NCBI GenBank assembly: GCA_964657505.1
Contig: CAZZVO010000001.1
Span: forward strand, 1-58,695
Length of the DNA: 58,695 nt
Source of the DNA: an uncultured Mucilaginibacter sp.
GTDB lineage: Bacteria; Bacteroidota; Bacteroidia; Sphingobacteriales; Sphingobacteriaceae
Direction: 5' to 3'
Positions 1 to 8,307 of the stretch are shown here, piece after piece. The position numbers were made by a program, and so were the translations under genes. The notes beneath the pieces are model-generated. The model ran no database searches. It had not been told where the DNA came from and was given only the letters and a program-made list of their open reading frames with translations. Position 1 is the first letter of the stretch, and each line of letters starts with the position of its first letter.

Positions 1-525
1 AGCTTTAATATCACGTAAAAAATTGATTTTCTGAAAAGCAGCGCCAAGGCTTTGTTCTTTTGGTACTAACTTTTTGTACAATTGCTCATCCTCTTCACAA
101 AAAATTTTTAAACACATCAACCCGATCACTTCTGCGGAACCGTAAATGTAATTTTTGTAGCCATCATTGGTGTAACTGGTATTTTCCAAGTCCATTTCCA
201 TCGACTTTAAAAATGCGTCGATCAAATGAAGGTCGATTTTGTAAGTATTAACCACTTCCTGGAAAGATTGCAGCACCGGATTTAAGCTGATTTTCCGTTC
301 GATGGCTTCAAAAGTTACCGTCCTAAATTCTGCAATCAGTTGTGCTTTGTCAAAACAGTGGAAAGTATCTACAATTTCATCGGCATAACGCACAAAACCA
401 TAAACGGCATAAATTGGATATTGGAAACGTTTGGCAAAAGTTTTAATTCCTTTGCTAAAAGAAGTACTGTATTTATTGGTGATGATTTTGCTGCATTCGA
501 AACAAGTTTCGTTGTAAAGGTTCAT
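1..525 (-). CDS. crtB: Phytoene synthase (3' end runs off the window; absent from the ORF track)
   Basis: Manual minus-strand translation from ATG at 525 gives MNLYNETCFECSKIITNKYSTSFS...YGFVRYADEIVDTFH...LGAAFQKINFLRDIKA, the phytoene/squalene synthase motifs. Adjacent to crtI. Confidence 0.93.
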   Translation of the reverse strand, partial: MNLYNETCFECSKIITNKYSTSFSKGIKTFAKRFQYPIYAVYGFVRYADEIVDTFHCFDKAQLIAEFRTVTFEAIERKISLNPVLQSFQEVVNTYKIDLHLIDAFLKSMEMDLENTSYTNDGYKNYIYGSAEVIGLMCLKIFCEEDEQLYKKLVPKEQSLGAAFQKINFLRDIKA

Positions 526-626
526 GCCTTAAAAGGAGTATAATCAAAAGTACAAAAAACTGCAGGCATTTGTTTCTTTGCAAGTGCATCGAAACAAATT
601 GTTACAAGCAAACTTATCTTGATTGA

Positions 627-2105
627 ATGAAGAATGAGCAGCATATTGTAGTAATTGGTTCTGGGTTTGCCGGTTTGTCGGCCGCTTCGGTTTTGGCAAA
701 ATCAGGTTATCTGGTTACAGTTTTGGAGAAGAATGATCAGGCTGGCGGTCGCGCACGCATTTGGGAACAGGACGGTTTTAAGTTTGATATGGGCCCAAGT
801 TGGTATTGGATGCCAGACGTTTTAGAAAATTATTTTGCCTTGTTCGACAAAAAGGTATCTGATTTTTATGATTTGAAACGATTAGATCCGGGTTACCAGA
901 TTTATTTTGGGAAGGATGATGTAATGGAAATCCCGGCTTCCATGGAAAAATTAGAGCAGCTTTTTGAACAGGAAGAACCTGGAAGCAGCGCAAATTTACG
1001 TGAGTTTTTAAAACAGGCCGCTTACAAATACAAAGTTGGCATGGGCGAATACGTTTTCCGGCCGTCGCATTCTATTACAGAATTTATTGATTTTAGGTTG
1101 ATTAAAGAAAGTTTTCGCATCCAAATGCTCACCAGTATGAGTAAACATGTGCGGAAATATTTCAAAAATCCAAAACTGATCAAACTACTGGAATTTCCGG
1201 TTTTATTTCTCGGTGCCACGCCGCAAAATACACCGGCTATGTACAGCATGATGAATTATGCGGATCTGGCTTTAGGAACCTGGTACCCGATGGGCGGCAT
1301 GCACGAAATTGTAAAAGCAATGGTAAAAACAGCATTGGAACAGGGCGTGGAAATCAAACTAAACCACGAAGTTTTAAAGATTGAGACCGAAAAAGGGAAA
1401 GTAAAAAATATAGTTACTAACCAGGGAATTGTAAATGCTGATTTTGTAATTGCAGGTGCGGATTATGAACATGTTGACCAAACTTTATTAGAAAAAGCTG
1501 ACCGAAATTATGATCAGAAATATTGGAACAGCCGCACCATGTCGCCTTCCAGCTTGTTGTTTTATATTGGGTTGAACAAGAAAGTGGAAGGAATCTTGCA
1601 TCATAATTTATTTTTTGATGAAGATTTTGAATTGCATGCGGAGGAAATCTACACCAATCCAAAATGGCCGCAAAAACCTTTGTTTTATGTTTCTTGCACT
1701 TCAAAAACTGATTCCACTGTTGCACCGGAAGGTTACGAAAACCTGTTTTTTTTAATGCCAGTTGCACCAGATTTAAAGGATGATGAAGTTACGAGAAAAT
1801 ATTATTTTGATTTAATGATCAATCGTTTTGAAAAGATAACGGGACAAAACATCCGAGATAATATTGTGCTTAAAAGAAGTTATGCGCATAGTGACTTCAT
1901 TTCAGATTACCACTCTTTTAAAGGAAACGCTTATGGTTTGGCCAACACTTTAAGTCAGACAGCTTTTTTTAAACCGGCAATGAAATCAAAGAAAATTAAA
2001 AATCTATTGTTTACTGGCCAATTAACTGTTCCCGGTCCTGGCGTGCCACCATCTTTGATTTCCGGACAGGTTGCAGCACAGGAAGCGATGAAATTAATGC
2101 GATAA
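627..2105 (+). CDS. crtI: Phytoene desaturase
   Basis: N-terminal GSGFAG FAD motif, FDMGPSWYWMP, C-terminal GQLTVPGPGVPPSLISG. Confidence 0.92.
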   Translation: MKNEQHIVVIGSGFAGLSAASVLAKSGYLVTVLEKNDQAGGRARIWEQDGFKFDMGPSWYWMPDVLENYFALFDKKVSDFYDLKRLDPGYQIYFGKDDVMEIPASMEKLEQLFEQEEPGSSANLREFLKQAAYKYKVGMGEYVFRPSHSITEFIDFRLIKESFRIQMLTSMSKHVRKYFKNPKLIKLLEFPVLFLGATPQNTPAMYSMMNYADLALGTWYPMGGMHEIVKAMVKTALEQGVEIKLNHEVLKIETEKGKVKNIVTNQGIVNADFVIAGADYEHVDQTLLEKADRNYDQKYWNSRTMSPSSLLFYIGLNKKVEGILHHNLFFDEDFELHAEEIYTNPKWPQKPLFYVSCTSKTDSTVAPEGYENLFFLMPVAPDLKDDEVTRKYYFDLMINRFEKITGQNIRDNIVLKRSYAHSDFISDYHSFKGNAYGLANTLSQTAFFKPAMKSKKIKNLLFTGQLTVPGPGVPPSLISGQVAAQEAMKLMR

Positions 2106-2123
2106 AAGAAGTATTTGCTTAAT

Positions 2124-2157
2124 CCCTTTCCTTTGGAGAGAGCCTGGGTGAGGCTAA
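2124..2157. repeat. Short REP-like element (CCCTTTCCTTTGGAGAG...GGTGAGGCTAA)
   Basis: Related inverted copy at 56537-56570 (GGTGAGGCTAA identical). Both lie between convergent genes. Confidence 0.55.
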
Positions 2158-2201
2158 AAATAACACCGGTAAAAGAAGCATCGCAAAAATAACTGCAAAC
2201 G

Positions 2202-2229
2202 AAAAAAGCCCGAACGTATCGGGCTTTTT
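2202..2229. terminator. Bidirectional intrinsic terminator between crtI and the sigma gene
   Basis: AAAAAAGCCCGA-acgta-TCGGGCTTTTT. Confidence 0.85.
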
Positions 2230-2258
2230 CTATAATATATGATGAGTTTGAATTGAAT

Positions 2259-2798
2259 TTAGTCTTCCATAGCGTACACCGGTTTTTTAACACCGTTGTC
2301 GTATGATTTTAAGTTTTTCTTTAACAGCTTGCGTGCAACGTGGATACGGGTTTTAACAGTTCCGATCGGGATAGCTAAATGATCTGCAATTTCGTGGTAT
2401 TTATGTCCTTCAAAATACATGGTAAAAGGGATATAATATTCACCAGGTAATTTATCTAAAGATCGTTTTATATCATCCATCACAAATTTCGATTCACCTT
2501 GGTTCTTAGTAGAACTGAATACCAAATTTGCAGAAGAAATCTCTTCGGATTTGGTAACAAAAGTGCTCATTTTAACAAAGCGGCGATAATTGTTAATAAA
2601 AGTGTTTTTCATGATGGTGTACAACCATCCTTTTAAATTAGTGCCTTCTTTAAACTTGTTGTAATAGGTAATTGCTTTAAGCATTGTATCCTGTACTAAA
2701 TCGTTTGCATCGTCAGCATCATGAGTGAAATGAAGGGCGTAAGACCTTAAAGAACCAGCTTGACGCAATACCATGGTGTTAAATTCAATTTTTGTCAT
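2259..2798 (-). CDS. ECF RNA polymerase sigma-70 factor, carotenoid-cluster associated
   Basis: Region 2 DANDLVQDTMLKA/WLYTIMKNTFIN and region 4 YHEIADHLAIPIGTVKTRIHVARK. Confidence 0.9.
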   Translation of the reverse strand: MTKIEFNTMVLRQAGSLRSYALHFTHDADDANDLVQDTMLKAITYYNKFKEGTNLKGWLYTIMKNTFINNYRRFVKMSTFVTKSEEISSANLVFSSTKNQGESKFVMDDIKRSLDKLPGEYYIPFTMYFEGHKYHEIADHLAIPIGTVKTRIHVARKLLKKNLKSYDNGVKKPVYAMED

Positions 2799-3109
2799 TG
2801 TTCTAAGTTTTTACAGTAGATTTTTAATAACTATCTCTGTAAACCCTTATACAATTTCCTGACCGATTTTAAATTTATTGATAAATAACCGTGACAAAGG
2901 GGTAACAATTTTAAGTTGAAATTAAGCACCGAAAGGATTTTAAAGGTAAAATAACCTACAGGAAAAGTAGACAAAGAAGTTGTACATTGCTAAAAAACAG
3001 AGGTTTACAGAGATAATTTAAACTGGAAAAACTATTGTTAATAAAACACGTATTTAGAGCAAAACATGATGTTTACAGTTATATTAAATTTGTGTTAAGC
3101 GAAAAGAAA

Positions 3110-4126
3110 TCAAACAACATTGACTTCTCTTTGCAACACAACGCCAAATTTATTGTACACGCTGTCTATGATTTGCGACGATAACGCATAAATTTCACTT
3201 CCGCTGGCATGGCCGTGGTTTACTAATACCAATGCCTGGTTTTTCCAAGTGCCGGTTTGCCCAACAATTTTACCTTTCCAGCCGCATTGTTCGATTAGCC
3301 AACCTGCGGCTAACTTAACTTGACTGTTTCCTGCGGAAAAATTAACCACAGCAGGAAATTCAAATTTTAATTTTTCAAACTCTGTTAAACCAATAATCGG
3401 GTTTTTAAAAAAACTGCCCGCATTACCAATAGTAGAAGGATCTGGCAGTTTAGAAACCCGGATATGCGAAACCACTTTTGATACATCTGCAATTGTTGGT
3501 TCTGCAATGCCTCTGCTTTGTAATTCTGTGGCAATTGCACCGTATGTGGTATTGACTTTAGGCTGAAGTGAAAGTTTAAACTTTACAGAAGTTATGATGA
3601 ATTGATTTTTCAGTTCACCTTTAAAAACACTTTCCCGGTAACCAAAGTTGCATGCTTCTTTTACAAAGGTTTTTTTTTGATGAGTAGAAATTTCAAAAGC
3701 CTGGCAAGATTCAAAAACGTCTTTCAACTCCACGCCATAAGCACCAATATTTTGCACCGGAGAAGCACCGACAGAACCCGGAATTAAACTCAGGTTTTCC
3801 ATTCCGGCAAAATTGTGGCTCACACAATAGTTTACCAATTCGTTCCAACTTTCCCCTGCTCCGGCTTCAACATAAACTTCTTCGTGGTTGATACGATGTT
3901 CAATTCCGCGGATATTCATTCGGATTACTAATCCTTCAAAATCTTTCGTAAACAACATATTGCTTCCTCCGCCTAAAACCAAACGTGGTATTTGCAGCCA
4001 TTTTGGATCGAGGAAAAGCTCAATGAGTTCATCTTCATGATTGATTTCTACAAAGTAGCTGGCCATAGCATCAACACCAAACGTGTTAAAATTTTTAAGG
4101 GAAACATTTTTGCGGATTTGGAGCAT
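3110..4126 (-). CDS. murB: UDP-N-acetylenolpyruvoylglucosamine reductase
   Basis: LGGGSN, IPGSVGASPVQNIGAYG, GNAGSFFKNP, LVLVN motifs. Confidence 0.96.
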   Translation of the reverse strand: MLQIRKNVSLKNFNTFGVDAMASYFVEINHEDELIELFLDPKWLQIPRLVLGGGSNMLFTKDFEGLVIRMNIRGIEHRINHEEVYVEAGAGESWNELVNYCVSHNFAGMENLSLIPGSVGASPVQNIGAYGVELKDVFESCQAFEISTHQKKTFVKEACNFGYRESVFKGELKNQFIITSVKFKLSLQPKVNTTYGAIATELQSRGIAEPTIADVSKVVSHIRVSKLPDPSTIGNAGSFFKNPIIGLTEFEKLKFEFPAVVNFSAGNSQVKLAAGWLIEQCGWKGKIVGQTGTWKNQALVLVNHGHASGSEIYALSSQIIDSVYNKFGVVLQREVNVV

Positions 4127-4266
4127 GGAGAAATTGATGCTAAAAGACTTATTAAAATAAAACCCCTATTTACGAGGGTTACAAAAGTAAGCTATTTCAC
4201 AAAATACATTGTCCTAAGCTAGTTTTAATCAGCTCGGACTTCTTTATGTTTATTATATTTGTTACT

Positions 4267-4479
4267 ATGGAAACGCTAAAAATTAATGTAATAAATCCAA
4301 AGGCACTTCAACTTTTAAAGGATTTAGAAGCGCTTGATTTAATTACAATTCATAATTCAACAAAAAACGATTTTCAGGAGTTGTTAAACGAGCTGCGTAG
4401 CCGGCAAGATTCTGCACCAAGTTTGGAAGAGATCACAGCGGAAGTAGAAAAAGTACGTTCAGAGCGGTATGCCAGATAA
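4267..4479 (+). CDS. Putative antitoxin
   Basis: About 70 aa, ends SLEEITAEVEKVRSERY, overlaps the downstream PIN gene. ATG 4267 preferred because a -7 box TATATTTG lies at 4254-4261. Confidence 0.7.
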   Translation: METLKINVINPKALQLLKDLEALDLITIHNSTKNDFQELLNELRSRQDSAPSLEEITAEVEKVRSERYAR

Positions 4480-4888
4480 TCCTGTTAGGGTTATAATAGA
4501 TACTAACCTTTGGATAAGTTTTCTGATTAAAAGAAGCTATTCGGAAATAGACTTATTATTATTCTCCCAAGAAATTAATTTAGTGTTTAGCACGGAGCTA
4601 TTACATGAGTTTGTAACAGTTGCTAATCGTCCAAAATTTGAAAAATATTTTTCTACTACTAACATTAAAAAAACGCTTGATCTGATTGAAGCTTATGCTG
4701 ATTTTGTTGAAGTAAAGACAGTTATTAATATTTGCAGGGATGAGAAAGATAATTTTTTGTTGAGTTTAGCGGTAGATGGAAATGCTTCTCATTTAATAAC
4801 GGGAGATCAGGACTTGTTGGTATTGAAACATTTTGGAAAAACAAAAATCTTATCCATTGCAGATTTCCTAAATAACGAATTAATTTAA
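4469..4888 (+). CDS. PIN-domain toxin
   Basis: VIIDTNLWIS, CRDEKDNFLLSLA, LITGDQDLL acidic PIN motifs. Confidence 0.88.
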   Translation: MPDNPVRVIIDTNLWISFLIKRSYSEIDLLLFSQEINLVFSTELLHEFVTVANRPKFEKYFSTTNIKKTLDLIEAYADFVEVKTVINICRDEKDNFLLSLAVDGNASHLITGDQDLLVLKHFGKTKILSIADFLNNELI

Positions 4889-4925
4889 AAAGCTATCTGG
4901 ATACAGTAGCTGCCATATTTTCTAA

Positions 4926-5366
4926 TTATTTCTTAAAATACTTCCTACTCGCCACCAGCAAACCAAACTCTTCCGAAGGGTTTTTCTGAGTTGATTTATG
5001 GTGAATCTTATGTGCCCGACGAATCCCGGAAAGGTACTTATTCTGACTTTTAAAAGCCTTAAAACGATTGTGAATAAACCAATCGTGAAAGACAAAATAA
5101 ATGATACCGTACAAGCTAATGCCGGCACCAATCCAAAAAGAGTAACTGCGCGTTTCCCGGTCAAACCAAATTAATCCAACGGCAAGTAACCCAAAAAACA
5201 AACTGAAAACATCATTCAGTTCAAAAAAACCGTGACGTTGCTGGTGATGAGTTTTATGGATAAACCAAAGCGGCCCGTGGAAAAGAAACTTGTGCATTGC
5301 CCAGGAAATGGTTTCCATAGCAACGATTGTAAGCAAGATAATCAGGATTGGGAAGACGACAGCCAT
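4926..5366 (-). CDS. crtZ: Beta-carotene hydroxylase (fatty acid hydroxylase family)
   Basis: His boxes HKFLFHG, HKTHH, HDWFIH, HKIHH and the FELND motif. Confidence 0.88.
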   Translation of the reverse strand: MAVVFPILIILLTIVAMETISWAMHKFLFHGPLWFIHKTHHQQRHGFFELNDVFSLFFGLLAVGLIWFDRETRSYSFWIGAGISLYGIIYFVFHDWFIHNRFKAFKSQNKYLSGIRRAHKIHHKSTQKNPSEEFGLLVASRKYFKK

Positions 5367-5382
5367 TTAGTAGATTACTTTT

Positions 5383-5601
5383 TTAATATTCTAACACAAA
5401 ATAATTATCAATTGAAAAAACGCCTTTAAAAGTTAGATTATCAACATCTTTAAAAATGATTGCTTTGCCTTCTACCGTTAAAACTGTATTTGTAAATAAT
5501 CTTCCATGTGAACTTTTACTAATATCCATGTCAACAGAAAGGCCATAATCACTTGGTTCGACTTTGTAGATTACGTAATTCCCTGCTTTCATTGTTATCA
5601 T
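5383..5601 (-). CDS. Small hypothetical protein
   Basis: 72-aa AT-rich ORF 2 nt downstream of the UDG-like gene, same strand. Confidence 0.5.
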   Translation of the reverse strand: MITMKAGNYVIYKVEPSDYGLSVDMDISKSSHGRLFTNTVLTVEGKAIIFKDVDNLTFKGVFSIDNYFVLEY

Positions 5602-5603
5602 CT

Positions 5604-6314
5604 TTATAAATAGAATTTATCGAACAAATGTTTTTCTGCTTTACTGCCTAACAAATTTTCAATAGTTCGATATTTAATATTTAAATGTCTGTAAGTTGGA
5701 TGAGTGATAATTATAACATTGGTTTTATATCCTTCAATTCCATCAAAAGTAATTTCTCGAAAGCCCGATAAGTCTTCTCCATCTAAAGCCTTAAAACTTT
5801 TAACCTTTTCGAGCGCCTTAAATTTATTAGATAGTTGACTAATTATCCCTAAAACATGAAGACCTAAAACGATTATTAATTTGGGTTTTTGAATGTTGAT
5901 CTGTTTTAGTAAAAAGGATTTACAAAGGTCTAAAAACTCCGGATAGCTATAAGCCGGACTTTTACCGAGAGCGCTGTCAACAGTTCTAACACCTAAAATT
6001 GCATTGGTAAAAAAGCAGTTATCTTCAGGAATACCAAATTCCTGAAGTGTAGTTTGCAGGTTTTTCCAAGTTAAAGCATTTAAGTTCTCACAGCCTCTTT
6101 CAACGGATTTCTTAAAATCTCTTTCGGCTCCAAAATCATGGCCTAAAATCATTATTGGTTTATCAGAAATAGTTTCATCTTCATCCTCCCATAAACCTCT
6201 TGCGCCAGGAAAAAAACCTTTGCCTTTTATCTCGCATAACACTGGTTTTAATGAAGTTGGATAGTCTTCAACCAATTTACTTAATTCAGCTTTCAGTTGT
6301 TCTACGTCTTTCAT
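5604..6314 (-). CDS. Uracil-DNA glycosylase superfamily protein
   Basis: IMILGHDFG, FFTNAILG, QINIQKPKLIIVLG and C-terminal THP are UDG-fold motifs. Confidence 0.7.
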   Translation of the reverse strand: MKDVEQLKAELSKLVEDYPTSLKPVLCEIKGKGFFPGARGLWEDEDETISDKPIMILGHDFGAERDFKKSVERGCENLNALTWKNLQTTLQEFGIPEDNCFFTNAILGVRTVDSALGKSPAYSYPEFLDLCKSFLLKQINIQKPKLIIVLGLHVLGIISQLSNKFKALEKVKSFKALDGEDLSGFREITFDGIEGYKTNVIIITHPTYRHLNIKYRTIENLLGSKAEKHLFDKFYL

Positions 6315-6427
6315 TATTAATAATTTTTAAAAGAATAACCAACTATAAAGCTAAATAATATTGCTTTTGTAATGAGGCACTGTTGGTGCTCTAATTAAAT
6401 TTTTGTAGAATTATCAAAAAACAACCC

Positions 6428-6466
6428 ATAAAAGAAGCATCAGTTTTTGGCCAATGCTTCTTTTAT
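6428..6466. repeat. Inverted pair of the dispersed 13-mer forming a hairpin, possible lpdA terminator
   Basis: ATAAAAGAAGCAT-N13-ATGCTTCTTTTAT, about 65 nt downstream of the lpdA stop. Confidence 0.75.
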
Positions 6467-6487
6467 CAAGTAAAAATAACTTCTTAG

Positions 6488-6530
6488 AATTCTGCTAATC
6501 CTAAAATTCTAAAAATTCCGGTTCAGACAA
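6488..6530. repeat. Degenerate 8-9 bp tandem element (AATYCT units)
   Basis: AATTCTGCT AATCCTAA AATTCTAAA AATTCCGGT TCAGACAA abutting the lpdA stop. Confidence 0.45.
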
Positions 6531-7934
6531 TTAAATATGTATAGCCCGATTCTCCGTAGCCGCCATAGCAGCTTCCCGAACAGCTTCCGTATAAGTTGGA
6601 TGCGCGTGAGAAATCCGTGCAATATCCTCCGCAGAAGCACGGAATTCCATCGCCACAACTGCTTCGGCAATCACATCAGCCGCCCTCGGTCCGATGATAT
6701 GTACGCCTAAAACTTCATCCGTAGCGGCATCCGCCAAAACTTTAACAAAACCATCGGTGTCCATGCTGGCGCGCGAACGGCCGCTAGCTTTATAAGGAAA
6801 AGAACCGATTTTATATTTTACGCCTTTCTCTTTCAATTGCTCTTCGCTGTAACCAACCGTTGCCACTTCCGGCCAGGTATAAACCACGCCCGGGATTAAA
6901 TTGTAATTGATATGTGGTTTTTGTCCGGCAATAACTTCGGCCACATACGTGCCTTCATCCTCAGCTTTGTGCGCCAGCATAGCGCCTTTTACGGCATCAC
7001 CAATGGCATAAACGCCCGGAACGGTAGTTTCTAAATGCTCGTTTACCGGGATTTTTTTACCTCGTGGTTCAAGTTCGATGCCTAATTTCTCCAAACCTAA
7101 ACCTTCAGTATAAGCGGTTCGGCCAACGGCGAGCAGACAATAATCGCCTTTTAATTCTATTTTTTCTCCTTTTGGACTATCGGCCGTAACCGTAACTTCA
7201 TCGCCATTCACAACAGCACCGGTAACTTTATGGTTGAGGTAAAATTCCATGCCTTGTTTGGTCAGCACTTTTTGGAGTTCTTTGGATAACGATCTGTCCA
7301 AAGTGTTTACAATCGCATCCGTAAATTCAACCACAGAAACTTTTGCGCCCAAACGTGCATAAACCGAACCCAGTTCCAGTCCGATTACGCCGCCGCCAAT
7401 CAAAATCATGTGCTTGGGAATTTCGGGCAGGTTTAAAGCTTCGGTAGAAGTTACAATGCGTTTTTTATCAACCTGGATAAATGGCAAAGTGGAAGGTTTG
7501 GAACCGGTTGCGATGATGATATTTTTACCCGTAATCTGCTCATCAGAACCATCGGCTTTTTTTACGTTGATGGTATTTTTATCGATAAAAGAACCAATTC
7601 CGGTATAAGAAGTTATTTTATTTTTCTTGAACAGAAACGCAATGCCGCCGGTAGTTTGTTCTACCACTTCGTTTTTACGTTTAATCATTTGCGCCAAATC
7701 CGGTTTCAGGTTTTCGATATGGATTCCATGCGCTTCAAAAGTATGGGCAGCGTTAAAATAATGTTCGGTAGAATCAAGTAAAGCTTTCGACGGGATACAG
7801 CCAACGTTGAGACAAGTTCCGCCAAAAGTCGAATATTTTTCGATACAGGCCGTTTTTAAACCAAGCTGGGCGCAACGGATTGCTGCCACATAACCGCCAG
7901 GACCCGAACCGATCACAATTACATCATATTGCAT
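6531..7934 (-). CDS. lpdA: Dihydrolipoamide dehydrogenase
   Basis: GSGPGG, GGTCLNVGCIPSK, HAHPTYTE. Confidence 0.97.
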   Translation of the reverse strand: MQYDVIVIGSGPGGYVAAIRCAQLGLKTACIEKYSTFGGTCLNVGCIPSKALLDSTEHYFNAAHTFEAHGIHIENLKPDLAQMIKRKNEVVEQTTGGIAFLFKKNKITSYTGIGSFIDKNTINVKKADGSDEQITGKNIIIATGSKPSTLPFIQVDKKRIVTSTEALNLPEIPKHMILIGGGVIGLELGSVYARLGAKVSVVEFTDAIVNTLDRSLSKELQKVLTKQGMEFYLNHKVTGAVVNGDEVTVTADSPKGEKIELKGDYCLLAVGRTAYTEGLGLEKLGIELEPRGKKIPVNEHLETTVPGVYAIGDAVKGAMLAHKAEDEGTYVAEVIAGQKPHINYNLIPGVVYTWPEVATVGYSEEQLKEKGVKYKIGSFPYKASGRSRASMDTDGFVKVLADAATDEVLGVHIIGPRAADVIAEAVVAMEFRASAEDIARISHAHPTYTEAVREAAMAATENRAIHI

Positions 7935-8307
7935 AGTAAATTTATTTTTTAAGGAAGCACAAATTTAAGGATTTAAACGCTAAAGGAATGTAAAATCTGC
8001 CACAACTACTTGTTTTGAAGATAGATTTGATTAGCAGATGTTTCAAAACCAGAAATGATATATTACTGAATGGGTTATGCCTTTTATTTAGTTCACTGAT
8101 ACTTCTTTTATGCCATAAATTTACAGTTGTATTAAGCTAAGCAAGGAAAAATAAAATTTCAAAGCGTTATAACGTTTGCTGTAGTTTTTTTCATCTTAAC
8201 AATTAAGACCGGCTTAATCAAAACTATTTGTTTAGTTAAAAATAGTTAAATGGCTTAAATACCATTCTTTTAGTTATTACTTTGTTGCCTTATTTTATTT
8301 CCACTAT

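Noticed and set aside
60-543. Plus-strand ORFs 60-251 and 340-543, and the many other short overlapping ORFs in the track
   Set aside because: They are antisense or off-frame shadows of well-supported genes (here crtB) with no recognisable motifs.
2955-3010. CarH/LitR-type operator upstream of the sigma gene
   Set aside because: ACA recurs at 13-bp rather than 11-bp spacing (2958, 2971, 2984, 2997) and the signal is too weak.
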